The position numbers and the translations under genes were made by a program. A model generated the notes under the pieces. It was not told the origin of the DNA, did not search any database, and saw only the letters and a list, made by a program, of their open reading frames with translations. A stretch of 64,000 bases of DNA from Macrostomum lignano (taxonomy: Eukaryota): positions 428,576 through 492,575 of the forward strand of contig NIVC01000684.1 in NCBI GenBank assembly GCA_002269645.1, read 5' to 3'. How positions within the stretch are numbered: position 1 is the stretch's first letter; each line of letters begins with the position of its first letter. Below are positions 1-11,319 of the stretch, in pieces.

Positions 1-507
1 GGCCGCTTGCTGCAGGCACCGCACGGCCTTCGGTCTCGTGTCTGGCAGCTTGCGGTAGCAGTTCGCAGCCTCTGAGTAATTGTTGGCCGCATCGAGCTCG
101 CATCGCCTCTGCTTTGAGAACTGCTCGGCCGCGGCTTCGAATGCCTGTCCAGCTTCGTGCCAGTTTTGATGAAGCTTCAGCTGGTTGCCCTGCTGCAGAA
201 GCTTGGCGGTGTCAGAGGTTCGCTGTAGGGCCGGCTGGGGCTGCGTCAGCCTGCTTGTTTCTTCATCATCTATAGGAAAGCAACACAGACAAACGCCTAT
301 GGGTAACGTTAAATCTTCAGGTGACGTCATCCTGCTGGCTTCTTCATCTCTAGGAAAGCAACACGGACAAATGCAGCTCCAGCAGCTGTAGCAGCAGCCT
401 TCAGGTGACGTTGTGCTGGTCTCTTTATCTCTAGGAAAACAACACGGAAAAATGCAGCTCCAGCAGCTGCAGCAAATTTTGCGAATGCAACTGCAGATGT
501 TTCCCAT
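1..507 (-). CDS. NAPA-like: alpha-SNAP-like paralog 1 (5' part; runs off the window), N-terminal MG + three Cys-rich repeats
   Basis: Absent from the ORF track. Manual translation from ATG 507 is open for 169 codons to base 1: MGNICSCIRKICCSCWSCIFPCCFPRD...CCYSCWSCICPCCFPRD...CLCCFPID...GNQLKLHQNWHEAGQAFEAAAEQFSKQRRCELDAANNYSEAANCYRKLPDTRPKAVRCLQQAA. The core matches paralogs 3, 4 and 6. Acceptor ttttctacttgcag lies 3 nt before the ATG. Confidence 0.85.
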   Translation of the reverse strand, partial: MGNICSCIRKICCSCWSCIFPCCFPRDKETSTTSPEGCCYSCWSCICPCCFPRDEEASRMTSPEDLTLPIGVCLCCFPIDDEETSRLTQPQPALQRTSDTAKLLQQGNQLKLHQNWHEAGQAFEAAAEQFSKQRRCELDAANNYSEAANCYRKLPDTRPKAVRCLQQAA

Positions 508-772
508 TACCTGCAAGTAGAAAACAGTCTTTCATATGTAATTTTTTGTGTGTCTGCTTTTGCCGCTTTAAGTTTTCAGCTAATTCGTGCAAGGTGGGAA
601 ATGCATGAAATATTGTTGGGTATCTATCAGTACAGCTTCAGCAACTGGCCTACTCAGTTACTACAATAAAAAAACAGTAAAAAGATGGGATCACAAATAA
701 GTAGTTGATAATATAAATAATAATATTTTATTTTTTGACTTGGATCTGCATTTTACTATAGAGGAATTTATT

Positions 773-950
773 GGATTGTGAGGTATGGGTTGGAGATTGT
801 GAGGTATGGGTTGGAGATTTTGAGATATGGGATGGAGATTGTAAGGTATGGGATGGAGATTGTGATATATGGGATGGAGATTGTGAGGTATGGGGTGGAG
901 ATTGTGAGGTATGGGATGGAGATTTTGAGATATGGGATGGAGATTGGGAG
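773..950. repeat. 21-bp minisatellite (ggagattgtgaggtatgggat), about 8 copies
   Basis: Tandem units read directly; they account for the spurious 7-aa-periodic ORFs at 691-996. Confidence 0.9.
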
Positions 951-1499
951 ACATGACTATTCTATTTCCTACATTGATTGTGCAATTTTCCAGTGAATTT
1001 GTGTTTTTTATAGACTAGCAAAAAAGTTTTTAAATAGGTCTATATCGCGTGCAGACAGACGGATTTTATTAACGTTGGTTTTGCGCAAAGCAAAGATCTT
1101 TTGACGGTGGAAAATTTAACATACAGGTTAAACCAGTAAAGAATTTAATGAATTTGAAAAAAGCAGATCATAATTGACGAAATAGGCAAATAAATGAAAA
1201 CTGAAACCAAAATGTTGCTACCTACAATAATAGCGGTTAAAAAAGAGAAAACTCAGTCAATGAAATCATACCAGCAGTAAAGGAAAATTGCAGTAAATTT
1301 TGGCGCCAGAGCAAACATTTAGTTATTACTGAATAAATATGCGCAGAAACTATAACTAATTCGGATATGTTTAACGTAAAATAAAATAAAAGCTATCGTT
1401 AAAATTGACCTACTTTAAAAAGCTTGTACAGGGACTTCTAAAAATATTACCAGGTGGACTGGAAGCTGGAAATAATGCTACGCCTTTAACGAAATCCTC

Positions 1500-1800
1500 T
1501 CACAACCAGCGCTGAGACAATTCTGCGCACTCCGCTGACTCCTCAGCACACACAAGCGCGCCGATACGCTGTGTACGCAGGCACGGCACTCATGCACACG
1601 CTCACACAGGGTGTACAGCGGTCCTGGCTATCTAATCGGTCAGGCATGTGCACTCTGTGCCTTGGGGGTTGGCCCTCATGGCTGTGAATCTCACGACAGC
1701 CTCCATTTTCGTGCACACAAGCCCCAAATGAATGTGTTTGCGTACTCAATCGAACTAGGGGTCGTGGGCGTTTATTACCGCTGAGCAGCTCCGCCTCAAC
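1500..1800 (-). mobile_element. Diverged tRNA-derived SINE (same family as 4265-4630)
   Basis: 1528-1690 aligns by eye to 4345-4500 (cacaagcgcg...gtgtacagcgg...tgtgccttgggggttggccctca). Degenerate A-box (ctgctcagcgg) and B-box (gttcgatt) on the minus strand near 1745-1790. Confidence 0.6.
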
Positions 1801-2954
1801 ACCTTCACTTGGGGATCAAAGGACTCACTTGGTCTAGCCAAATCCAAAACACTGCTTGGGGCGGTAATTTTCAGATATAAGAAATAACAGTAGCCACCAC
1901 ATTGGCGTCAACATGGAGCCGCGTTGCCTTCTAGCTTCCAGTTCAACTCTCTGCTGCTACTTCCAGAAGTCCTTGGCTAGTAAATGATTTGAAAAGCAAG
2001 CCATACAAATGGATAGAGCGCCATATTAGACAGACCATGTAAACAGTAACTAGAGAAGACACTGGGACTAAAAGCAAATTTTAAGACGCAAGAAAAACAA
2101 AAGTACCGGCTGTTAAATAGTAAAGCATTGCTAAATTGACACAGATTGATTATTTTCCTGTTTGATAATAATCTATTTTTGCTAGTTCTCTAATCCAAGT
2201 GTCTAGATGTCCATGTTCAAGTCAATTTGCACTTTTTTCTGTTCTCACGCCCTATTTTTTTCCTACGCGGGTGTCCGCTGGTGGTAAAAACGATGGTGGT
2301 AGGGGCAGAGAGGAGAGAGATAAGCGTTGAGTTAAGAACCGCGGCAGCCAATCAGAATGGAGCGAGGAGAGAGACTAAAATATATGTCTACACAAGGAGA
2401 GAGAGAATTTGAGTGTTCCTGCACTAAAGCAGTTCAAGCCAAACAGACTGAAATAGAAAGTCAGCAAAAAATAAACAAACAAACTTTATACTCGGGTGTT
2501 GTGTTGGTTAATCTAAGATTGGGGCGACTAACAAATTCCAGATTAGCATAATAAACTTTGCAATAGAAATTGGACTCATAACTTTGCGAAAAATACCGTT
2601 TCGAGGAAAATGAAATAAACAATTACATGAAAAAATTACATTGCACAAAACATATGTTGGTAAATTCAAACCACCGTATAATTCAAATGATAAAAAGATT
2701 TTGTCGACAGCAACATATGGAAGAAGATTCCTACAATTTCCACGAAGTTGGCATTATTGCTGAGCCTTGTACTTCGCAGATTTATAAACCAGTAGAATAC
2801 TTATAATAAACTACAACAGCAGAATCATACAATAGAAAGCTGGAGATTTCTCGCCTTATCATCATTATGGCTTTGGCATGCAAACTTAAACCTCCAAGAC
2901 ATAGTAGGATTGAGTCGAGTCCAATGCCGAATATATTAATACTCAGGCTGCTAC

Positions 2955-4034
2955 TTACAGTAACTGCACACTGTCACCAGTAGCTAAAAACTGTCTCAGC
3001 TGGTCCAGCCTCCTCCTGGCGAAGTCGTCCAAGTTGTTGAACCTCTCGAACTCGGACACCGCGGCGTCGACGGCTGCGACGTCGCGAGCGTCGGTAGCCG
3101 AAGCCAGCGACCTCACCAGCGAGAGCTCGTCGGTGTCCTTGAACGAGCCGCACAGCACAGCCAGCTGCTCCGCCTTCTCGCCGACTCCCGCAGCTCCTGA
3201 GCACAGCAGGCACAGACAGCTCTTGGCCAGGTGGTCCTTGGCTCCGAAGCTCAACAGACTGTGCTGCTCAGCCGACACTCCCAGATCCTCAAACACTGCG
3301 GCTGCCTCTGCCAGCCTCCCGCAGTCCGCCATCAACTCTGCGGCCTTGGCGCGGCTGCCCGCAGCGCTGGCCGGACTGTCCTGGCCGCTCCAGAAGTCCG
3401 CCGCTCTCACGTAGACATCGATGGCCTCCTCGACTTGCTGAGATGCAGCCAGCAGGTCTCCAGCCTCCTCCAGCTGTCTGGCAGCGATGCTGAACTGGCC
3501 CTGCTCTGCGTACATCTCGGCCGCTTGCTGCAGGCACCGCACGGCCTTCAGTCTCGTGTCTGGCAGCTTGCGGTAGCAGTTCGCAGCCTCCGAGTAATTG
3601 TTGGCCGCATCGAGCTCGCGATGCTTCGAGAAGCGATCTGCAACAGTCTCAAACTTTTTGCCAGCTTCAAGCCAGTTTTTATCATGTTTGTTCCTGTTGC
3701 CATCGTCGATTAATCGCTGCTGCGATCCGTGCGTTTGACGCTTTCTAAACAACAGAAAGTACAGTACCAGCAGTAGCAATACTACCAAGATGCACAGAAA
3801 CCCGACAAAGATATAGGCTGTATGTAATTTCGCTGGTGGCACAGTTGGCTGAGCTGTTGGAGCTGATGTAGTCGTGTCGATAGTAGTTGTGTTTAAATAA
3901 GACGGATTTGACGTCGTTAGGACACTCGTCGTTGGTCCGGTCGTACTGTTGGCATCAGCAGCAGCGGCACTTTCCACTGCTGCCATTGCGGTACTATTTG
4001 AACTTTTGATTTCGCTGCTATTCGAAGTCTCCAT
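2955..4034 (-). CDS. NAPA-like: alpha-SNAP-like paralog 2: Ser/Thr-rich ectodomain + single TM + cytoplasmic SNAP domain
   Basis: The track start at 4094 is GTG; the first ATG is 4034 (METSNSS). S/T-rich stretch with NSS/NST/NTT sequons, TM YIFVGFLCILVVLLLLVLYFLLF followed by RKR, then alpha-SNAP motifs (W.EAG..F..AA, Y...GQFSIAA, LLSFGAKDHL.KS.LC, F..FNNLD). Ends SVQLL. Confidence 0.9.
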   Translation of the reverse strand: METSNSSEIKSSNSTAMAAVESAAAADANSTTGPTTSVLTTSNPSYLNTTTIDTTTSAPTAQPTVPPAKLHTAYIFVGFLCILVVLLLLVLYFLLFRKRQTHGSQQRLIDDGNRNKHDKNWLEAGKKFETVADRFSKHRELDAANNYSEAANCYRKLPDTRLKAVRCLQQAAEMYAEQGQFSIAARQLEEAGDLLAASQQVEEAIDVYVRAADFWSGQDSPASAAGSRAKAAELMADCGRLAEAAAVFEDLGVSAEQHSLLSFGAKDHLAKSCLCLLCSGAAGVGEKAEQLAVLCGSFKDTDELSLVRSLASATDARDVAAVDAAVSEFERFNNLDDFARRRLDQLRQFLATGDSVQLL

Positions 4035-4264
4035 TCTTGATTCTTGCGAGTTATTAAACAGATGTTCTTTAGTATGCTTTGGGTGAAAATGCACTGAAAA
4101 AAGGGGTGAATAGTGATATTGAAAATAGCGTTAAAATGAAGTTGGAACATAAAGATATTATCTGTTCCTAAGCTCTTTAAACATGGAACGGGAACATAGT
4201 TCTTGGTTTCTTTGATCAACACTGGCAGCTTGTAGGAAGTGAGGCAGACGTTACGTTAAGGTTT

Positions 4265-4630
4265 TAGAGGCATAGGGCTGTGTGCACCCTGGCGCACTTT
4301 AAGCGACATTGTCACACAACCGGCGAGAGGCATTACTGCCCCCATTCCGCCGACTCCCCTGAGCAGGTGCACAAGCGCGGGGATACGTACGCAGTCATAC
4401 GCACAGGCACACACTCACAGGAGTGTACAGCGGCCCTAACTTTGTTTATCGTTAGGCATGTACACTTCACTGTGCCTTGGGGGTTGGCCCTCAAGCTGGG
4501 CGTTAATTGCACGAGCAGAGCCAAGCCGAGGTTCCAATTTAGCTCCAATATTAATGTGACTGCACTTGGAATCGAGCCTGGGCCGCTGGCACACCAGAGC
4601 GCCGCGCTGGACCACTGGGCTACGTCTCCC
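4265..4630 (-). mobile_element. tRNA-derived SINE
   Basis: The minus strand begins gggagacgtagcccagtggt (A-box) ... ggctcgattcc (B-box), has no acceptor-stem pairing, and continues into a ~280-bp body that recurs at 1500-1800. Confidence 0.7.
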
Positions 4631-5324
4631 AACCAATTGCGTAAATTTTTCTGGCGAAAATTCAAACCTGCAGATATGTTTTGCAACTTAGATGAAACGA
4701 GCACAGTATATCGAGGCATTTAAACAACTTTTGGGTCAACTTTTGAATGTAGAAGATTAGAACAACAGTTTCTTTTTTAAACTATTAATTTCTACAACGA
4801 TTGAGACAATTCTTTGCGTACGGCTAAAATGAAAAAACCGACAAATTTTTAGCTAGGAAGCAAGCAATCTAAGAAATAGCACAGTAATTAGCTACATGGC
4901 AACGATCGATGCTAGTTTTCTTTGTCGGGCTCAAGACGGAATAGGCATGATGCGGCACTTAAATTTCACAGCAGCATCATAACCAGCTACAGCTTAAAAT
5001 GATTCAATAATGCAAGCAGACTGAAAAAATATGCAAGTGAAATTACGTACCTTTTGAATTCTGGAGACAAAACAAGCAAGCTACCGAAATATTACAATGC
5101 TATACAACTCGTAAGGATAATGTTTACAGCTTTCTACTAATTCGGTCTTATATAAGTAACGCCACTAATTAAATATAGAGTAAAAAATCACTGGCATAAA
5201 ATTGACGGTCTATAACAAACAAGGATATTAGAACCTACGGTACCTTGAAATAACTATTCAACTTTCGTATGCACACTAAAATGTGTTTCTCAATAAAATT
5301 TGAATCGCACAAAACCCTTTCCAA

Positions 5325-6347
5325 CTACTGCAGCTGCACCCCTCCAGTAGCCACAAACTGCCTCAGCTGGTGCAGCCTCCTCCTGGCGAAGTCGTCCAAG
5401 TTGTTGAACCTCTCGAACTCGGCCACCGCGGCGTCGACGGCTGCGACGTCGCGAGCGTCGGTACCCGAAGCCAGTGACCTCACCAGCGAGAGCTCGTCGG
5501 TGTCCTTGAACGAGCCGCACCGCCCAGCCAGCTGCTCCGCCTTCTCGCCGACTCCCGCAGCTCCTGAGCACAGCAGGCACAGACAGCTCTTGGCCAGGTG
5601 GTCCTTGGCTCCGAAGCTCAACAGACTGTGCTGCTCAGCCGACACTCCCAGATCCTCAAACACCGCGGCTGCCTCTGCCAGCCTCCCGCAGTCCGCCATC
5701 AACTCCGCGGCCTTGGCGCGGCTGCCCGCAGCGCTGGCCGGACTGTCCTCGCCGCTCCAGAAGTCCGCCGCTCTCAAGTAGGCATCGATGGCCTCCTCGA
5801 CTTGCTGAGATGCAGCCAGCAGGTCTCCAGCCTCCTCCAGCTGTCTGGCAGCGATGCTGAACTGGCCCTGCTCTGCGTACATCTTGGCCGCTTGCTGCAG
5901 GCACCGCACGGCCTTCGGTCTCGTGTCTGGCAGCTTGCGGTAGCAGTTCGCAGCCTCCGAGTAATTGTTGGCCGCATCGAGCTCGCATCGTCTCTGCTTT
6001 GAGAACTGCTCGGCCGCGGCTTCGAATGCCTGTCCAGCTTCGCTCCAAGTTTTATCGGCTTTGTGTTTGATTCCTTTGGCAACCAAGTTCTCCGCTGTTT
6101 CTCCTGTTGCAATTTTCTTGACTTGATATAGAAGCCAAAGCATCAATGATGATAGCAGCACTGCTAACCACCATGAGCAAACAACCGAAATTTCATCAGT
6201 AGTTGTCGTAGCCCGATGATGTTCTAGTTCAGTATAGTTGCAGCTCTTTGTTAGATTAGAACTGCCTGATGAAGTATAACGGTAGTAGAGCTGTATGTAT
6301 ATGTGAACACAACTTGCGCTGGAGTTCTGTAGACGTCCAATTTTCAT
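5325..6347 (-). CDS. NAPA-like: alpha-SNAP-like paralog 3: short ectodomain + single TM + SNAP domain
   Basis: 340-aa ORF, ATG 2 nt after acceptor ctcacag. Sequons NSS/NLT/NYT, hydrophobic ISVVCSWWLAVLLSSLMLWLLY then QVKK. Core nearly identical to paralogs 2, 4 and 6. Ends GGVQLQ. Confidence 0.9.
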   Translation of the reverse strand: MKIGRLQNSSASCVHIYIQLYYRYTSSGSSNLTKSCNYTELEHHRATTTTDEISVVCSWWLAVLLSSLMLWLLYQVKKIATGETAENLVAKGIKHKADKTWSEAGQAFEAAAEQFSKQRRCELDAANNYSEAANCYRKLPDTRPKAVRCLQQAAKMYAEQGQFSIAARQLEEAGDLLAASQQVEEAIDAYLRAADFWSGEDSPASAAGSRAKAAELMADCGRLAEAAAVFEDLGVSAEQHSLLSFGAKDHLAKSCLCLLCSGAAGVGEKAEQLAGRCGSFKDTDELSLVRSLASGTDARDVAAVDAAVAEFERFNNLDDFARRRLHQLRQFVATGGVQLQ

Positions 6348-7468
6348 AGCTGTGAGACGCAGGTGGGAGCCGCGGTTTTAAAACAGAAAAACGGGAATGA
6401 AAATGGCAATAAAACGTTTTGAAGTGTTCTTTGATCTACACCGACTGATTTTGAATGCTAAAAATGACTTGATATACACTGAATATAGCTGTCAGCATAG
6501 CATCATCACTTTAACAAATATTCGTCAGATACAGATTCTGTCAAACTATGTAGCTCTAACCACGTGTTCAACTAATTTGTATTCTATTAAATGAGATCTG
6601 ATGGAGGCGGCATTCTTATTTATTTTAAATAGACAAACAAAATACAGCATCCAGACACGAGTATTAGGGAGACGTGAACTAAAAAAGTCTCATTCATTAT
6701 AATCTACAAAATTTAAATAAACAGCTGTCAAACAGGTTTAGTTAGAAACTTATTGTTAAAAATGTCATATTTACGTTTTTAAGCTGGAAGGTTAAAGACC
6801 GCGGTCTATGTAAATTTGATAACTTGTTAAAATCAGCTGGAAAGTTTTTAAAAAACATTTTTTCACTAAACTTTGACACACGTTTTGTTCTGATGAAACG
6901 AATATTTTGAAGTTAAAAATAGTTTAACATGTCAGCCGGTTGCCTGCAAGACTGCTGGATGTTTCACAATACAAAGCGATGTTTTTACAACAAAGGTTAT
7001 TTAATATGAAATCAATGTCACCATGTAAAACACTTCGAAGTATAACAACACCTGTAGTTTAAAGTCGATACTAATGATAAAAAAAATATCTGAATTCGGC
7101 AAAAAATCAATAAAAAAGGATTGGAAAATGGATAAAAACCAGTTTACGAGTAAAAAGCAGAATTCGGCGCATTGGAAACTGAGAGATTGATCAATAATTA
7201 GTCTGATCCTCATGAAACAGGCCGATTCCAGTTTTAATGTTTGTTAAACAATGGATTACTAATTGTGCATCAGATAGATGAAAAATTAAAATAACACACA
7301 ACTAGGATTAGGACTACATACATTTTTGATTAAAAAAATGAACCAAAGTTATGATCAAAGTTATTTAAAAACACGCTAATGTCTGGAAAACGTTCACAAA
7401 ACAGCCTTGCCAATGAATAAAAAACAATCCGTCCGCAACTCTCCTCATTCGCCAAAAACCCTTCCCAA

Positions 7469-8317
7469 CTACTGCAGCTGCACCCCGCCAGAAGCCACAA
7501 ACTGCCTCAGCTGGTGCAGCCTCCTCCTGGCGAAGTCGTCCAAGTTGTTGAACCTCTCGAACTCGGACACCGCGGCGTCGACGGCTGCGACGTCGCGAGC
7601 GTCGGTAGCCGAAGCCAGCGACCTCACCAGCGAGAGCTCGTCGGTGTCCTTGAACGAGCCGCACAGCTCAGCCAGCTGCTCCGCCTTCTCGCCGACTCCC
7701 GCAGCTCCTGAGCACAGCAGGCACAGACAGCTCTTGGCCAGGTGGTCCATGGCTCCGAAGCTCAACAGACTGTGCTGCTCAGCCGACACTCCCAGATCCT
7801 CAAACACTGCGGCTGCCTCTGCCAGCCTCCCGCAGTCCGCCATCAACTCCGCGGCCTTGGCGCGGCTGCCCGCAGCGTTGGCCGGACTGTCCTCGCCGCT
7901 CCAGAAGTCCGCCGCTCTCAAGTAGGCATCGATGGCGTTTCTTTGATCTTGAGATGCAGCCAGCAGGTCTCCAGCCTCCTCCAGCTGTCTGGCAGGGATG
8001 CTGAACTGGCCCTGCTCTGCGTACATCTCGGCCGCTTGCTGCAGGCACCGCACGGCCTTCGGTCTCGTGTCTGGCAGCTTGCGGTAGCAGTTCGCAGCCT
8101 CCGAGTAATTGTTGGCCGCATCGAGCTCGCGTCACCTCTGCTTTGAGAACTGCTCGGCCGCGGCTTCGAATTCCCGTCCAGCTTCGCGCCACTTTTGACG
8201 AAGCTTCAGCTGGTTTCCTCGATTTACACGTTTTTCTGCTGGTTTTCCTCGATATGCAAAATAAATTGAAACTATAATTCCTCCGAAAAATACTAGCAAT
8301 AATAGATAGTTGTCCAT
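7469..8317 (-). pseudogene. NAPA-like: alpha-SNAP-like paralog 4 with an in-frame UGA (pseudogene or readthrough)
   Basis: ATG 8317 gives MDNYLLLLVFFGGIIVSIYFAY (TM). At 8134-8129 the sequence is TGA CGC where paralogs have CGA TGC. The same frame stays open to the stop at 7469 (GGVQLQ). Confidence 0.8.
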
Positions 8318-8475
8318 GATAGGTGCAAAGAAGGAACCAGAGTTATGAGTGCTAGATCTGAAAAGAAGAAAGGTATTATAACAAAAGACAGAGTGAAATA
8401 TCATTGGTCAGTTGGTCAGTTCAAAGTTGTTTTGAGCAGTGTCGCAAATCAAGGGGGCAACAGTCGACTCGGAGC

Positions 8476-8600
8476 CCAATCTAGCTCAGCCAATGAGAGA
8501 GAAGTAAGGCGAGTGGCCAAGCACAGGCGGACGAAACTCATTCAGGGGGGGGCAGGCCCAATCCAGCTCAGCCAATGAGAGAGCAGTAAGGGGAGAGGGT
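8476..8600. promoter_or_regulatory. Two 82-bp units, each with paired CCAAT boxes, upstream of paralog 4 (duplicated at 17567-17700 upstream of paralog 6)
   Basis: CCAAT at 8476, 8490, 8558 and 8572 (ccaatc[t/c]agctcagccaatgagaga). The function is inferred. Confidence 0.35.
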
Positions 8601-9744
8601 CACCGTCAGACACAGGCGGGCAAGAGGAAAGCCTGTTTACCGGCTGTTAGTCGGTCTGAATGGTTGCTGGGGTGCCACCCCTTTGCTCTCTTGCTCGCTA
8701 TGCACACGCACTTGGATTTTGTGCTCTTCAAGTTTTCAAGACTGGGGACCCAAAGCGAGAACTAAGCAGTTTAAACTGCTGCCTAAAAAGTCTAATTAAC
8801 TAACTTAGAATAAGTATCAAATTCTAAACAAGCTTATCAAGAAACAAGAAAAGAAACAAATAGAACATGGTCTTAACACTACGGATCATGTTTCTTCAAT
8901 GATTCTATCTACAAAGTATATAAGCCTTTTTTGGTTATTCAATCAGAAAAACAAAAAACTAATATCACACAATAAATGTCTTAGTCTAAGACTGCTACTA
9001 TTAGGCATATATTGAACCTCATTCTGCGTTTGTTCCACAACATATCGTATCGTTTTAATTTCATCAACGAATATTATTTTAGACATGTATAAAACTCTGG
9101 ATAAATCTGAGATTTGGAGTAAAAATAAGAGTCAAAATAAAACAGACAGATACGATTGAAAATATCATGAAGAAAACTACAAAAGTATGAAAATTACAAC
9201 CGACAATTACAACTTCTAACTGCTGTTTTAACTTCAACAGTTAAAAGTGTGACCAAACAGATTGAACTTCAAGACAACTTTACAATGCAGTTCGGTTAAA
9301 TTTTTAGTCAAGAAAAAAACATTCAAGGTTGTCGCAATATTTAAATATAGCGAATATTATAACAAAATAATCACTTGTTTTGATTGTCAACGGGCCTTTC
9401 CGTTGTTCTAAACTGTACTGAAATATGGACCATCATTAGTCTGATAGGAATTTTATGAAATGAAAACCAATTGATCCCTATCTATACTAACAAAATATTG
9501 TAGAGAAAATATACAAAACACTAAAAAGTTACCAGGGGCTAGGCCAATTAAGTAAATTATTACAAAATACACAGATAATGAGCCTAACATACAATTAGTA
9601 ACAGCATTCTTGTATTTTTGTGTATGTTACTGTCTTCTGTATGCTATTATTGTTATAACATTAGTGTTATTCGTCACTACACAACAGTTTCGCCAAACAA
9701 GAAATTGTAAGTCGGGACGGATTAAAACAGTCAACTTCTTCTCT

Positions 9745-11319
9745 CTAAACAAGCTCAACCGTCGACGGCGTCGAGGCTTGATAATTTTTACGAGCATATT
9801 GTATCCGGCGCATGTCGAACTCGTCCAAATTGTTGAATCTCTCGTACTCGGTCACCGCCTCGTCGAAAGCATCGACACTGTTGGCTGCTGAGAGTCCTTT
9901 GACCAGAGCGAACTCGTCACTTCTAGCGAATGACTCACTCTTGGCTGCCAGTTCATCGGCCTGTTTTGAGCAGGCTTCGGGATTCATTGCAAGGCACAGG
10001 CACGACTTGAGCATGTGATCATTGGCTCCGAACTGAAGCAGATCGTGGCCTTGAGCCTCTTCACCCAGCTTTGCGAATTCGTTGGCAGCAACACGGAGTT
10101 GGCCCGAATCGCCAAGCAAAATGGCCAGTTTGGTTCTACAGCTTGCGGCACTGGCGACACTGTTCTCAGCACTGAAGTGCTCTGCTGCCTTCTGGTAGCG
10201 GTTTATGGCTTCTTGCATTGAATTCACATCGCTTACGAACTCAAAGCTGCTGAGCTCAGGATCGGAACTGTTCTGAGTATTCCAAGCGGGAAGTTTCCTT
10301 GCCAATTCCTCAGTCAGCTCACCGGCTGTCTCCATCAGTCTGGCCGCAATGCTGAACTGGCCGACTTCGCAGTAAAGTTGAGCTGCTCGCTCAAAGCAGT
10401 GAACGGCTTTGGATTTGTCCGTCTTGCAAAAACAGTTGGCAGCATTTTGATAGCAATCCGCCTGCTCGAAAATTGTGTTGCCACCTTGCTGAGAAAATTT
10501 CTCTGCAGCTTGGGAGAATGCGTCTCCGGCTTCGCTCCACTTCTTTTCCAGTTTGAATTTGTTGGCCTTCTGCATCAGCGACTCAGCGGTATCCGCACCA
10601 GGAAGTTTAGCCACGGCTGCATCTTTGAGCCATCTCGAACCAGCTGAAAACTTTTTTCTTAACCATGGTACCCATTGGTTCCCGGCACTCTGATCAGTTG
10701 CTGTCGGATTTTCATTCACTGGTTGACCCAGCTGACCTCCATCCTTTGTTGTCTGACCTTCAATCCTCGCTGTCTGATCTTCAGCCGTTGCTGTCTGACC
10801 TTCAGCTTTCGTTGTCGAATCTTCAGTCTTTGTTTGCTCACCCATCTGACCTTTAGCTCTTGCTGTCTGATCTTCAGCCATTGCTGTCAAAGCTGTACTA
10901 ACGATTGCAGAGATGTTCCAATTTAAAGGATTAAAATTACGCAATGGGCCTTCAGGTGCCCTAGTAGTGTCTTCATGGCTAGATTCGCGCGAGATTACTC
11001 GTAGATTTATGTTTGAACGTTCGCCGCGTTGCCCTTCTAACGAAGGCGTTCTTCCGCGTAAATGTTGAAAAGCGGCCCATATCAGTCCTTCCAATAGTAC
11101 TACTACTATTACTAAACTAATGGAGGAAAAGCTTGCTGCTTCTACTGCTGCTATTACTACTGCTTTTATTACGTCCTTTAGTAAATCTACTACTAACAGC
11201 AGTATAGTGAATAATGTGAGTATTGTAAATAAATACGGTTTCAATTTCCGCAGCAACCAGTACGCGAACTGTAGATCCAATCGAAACAGCCTCGGAACTC
11301 GATCAAATAATGATGGCAT
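9745..11319 (-). CDS. NAPA-like: alpha-SNAP-like paralog 5 (type B): long double hydrophobic N-terminal segment, short heptad linker, SNAP domain with a loop insertion
   Basis: 524-aa ORF, ATG 6 nt after acceptor ttttttcag. Hydrophobic YLFTILTLFTILLLVVDLL...SISLVIVVVLLEGLIWAAF. Core KFKLEKKWSEAGDAF...GQFSIAA...LLQFGANDHMLKSCLC...YERFNNLDEF. Ends STVELV. Confidence 0.9.
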   Translation of the reverse strand: MPSLFDRVPRLFRLDLQFAYWLLRKLKPYLFTILTLFTILLLVVDLLKDVIKAVVIAAVEAASFSSISLVIVVVLLEGLIWAAFQHLRGRTPSLEGQRGERSNINLRVISRESSHEDTTRAPEGPLRNFNPLNWNISAIVSTALTAMAEDQTARAKGQMGEQTKTEDSTTKAEGQTATAEDQTARIEGQTTKDGGQLGQPVNENPTATDQSAGNQWVPWLRKKFSAGSRWLKDAAVAKLPGADTAESLMQKANKFKLEKKWSEAGDAFSQAAEKFSQQGGNTIFEQADCYQNAANCFCKTDKSKAVHCFERAAQLYCEVGQFSIAARLMETAGELTEELARKLPAWNTQNSSDPELSSFEFVSDVNSMQEAINRYQKAAEHFSAENSVASAASCRTKLAILLGDSGQLRVAANEFAKLGEEAQGHDLLQFGANDHMLKSCLCLAMNPEACSKQADELAAKSESFARSDEFALVKGLSAANSVDAFDEAVTEYERFNNLDEFDMRRIQYARKNYQASTPSTVELV

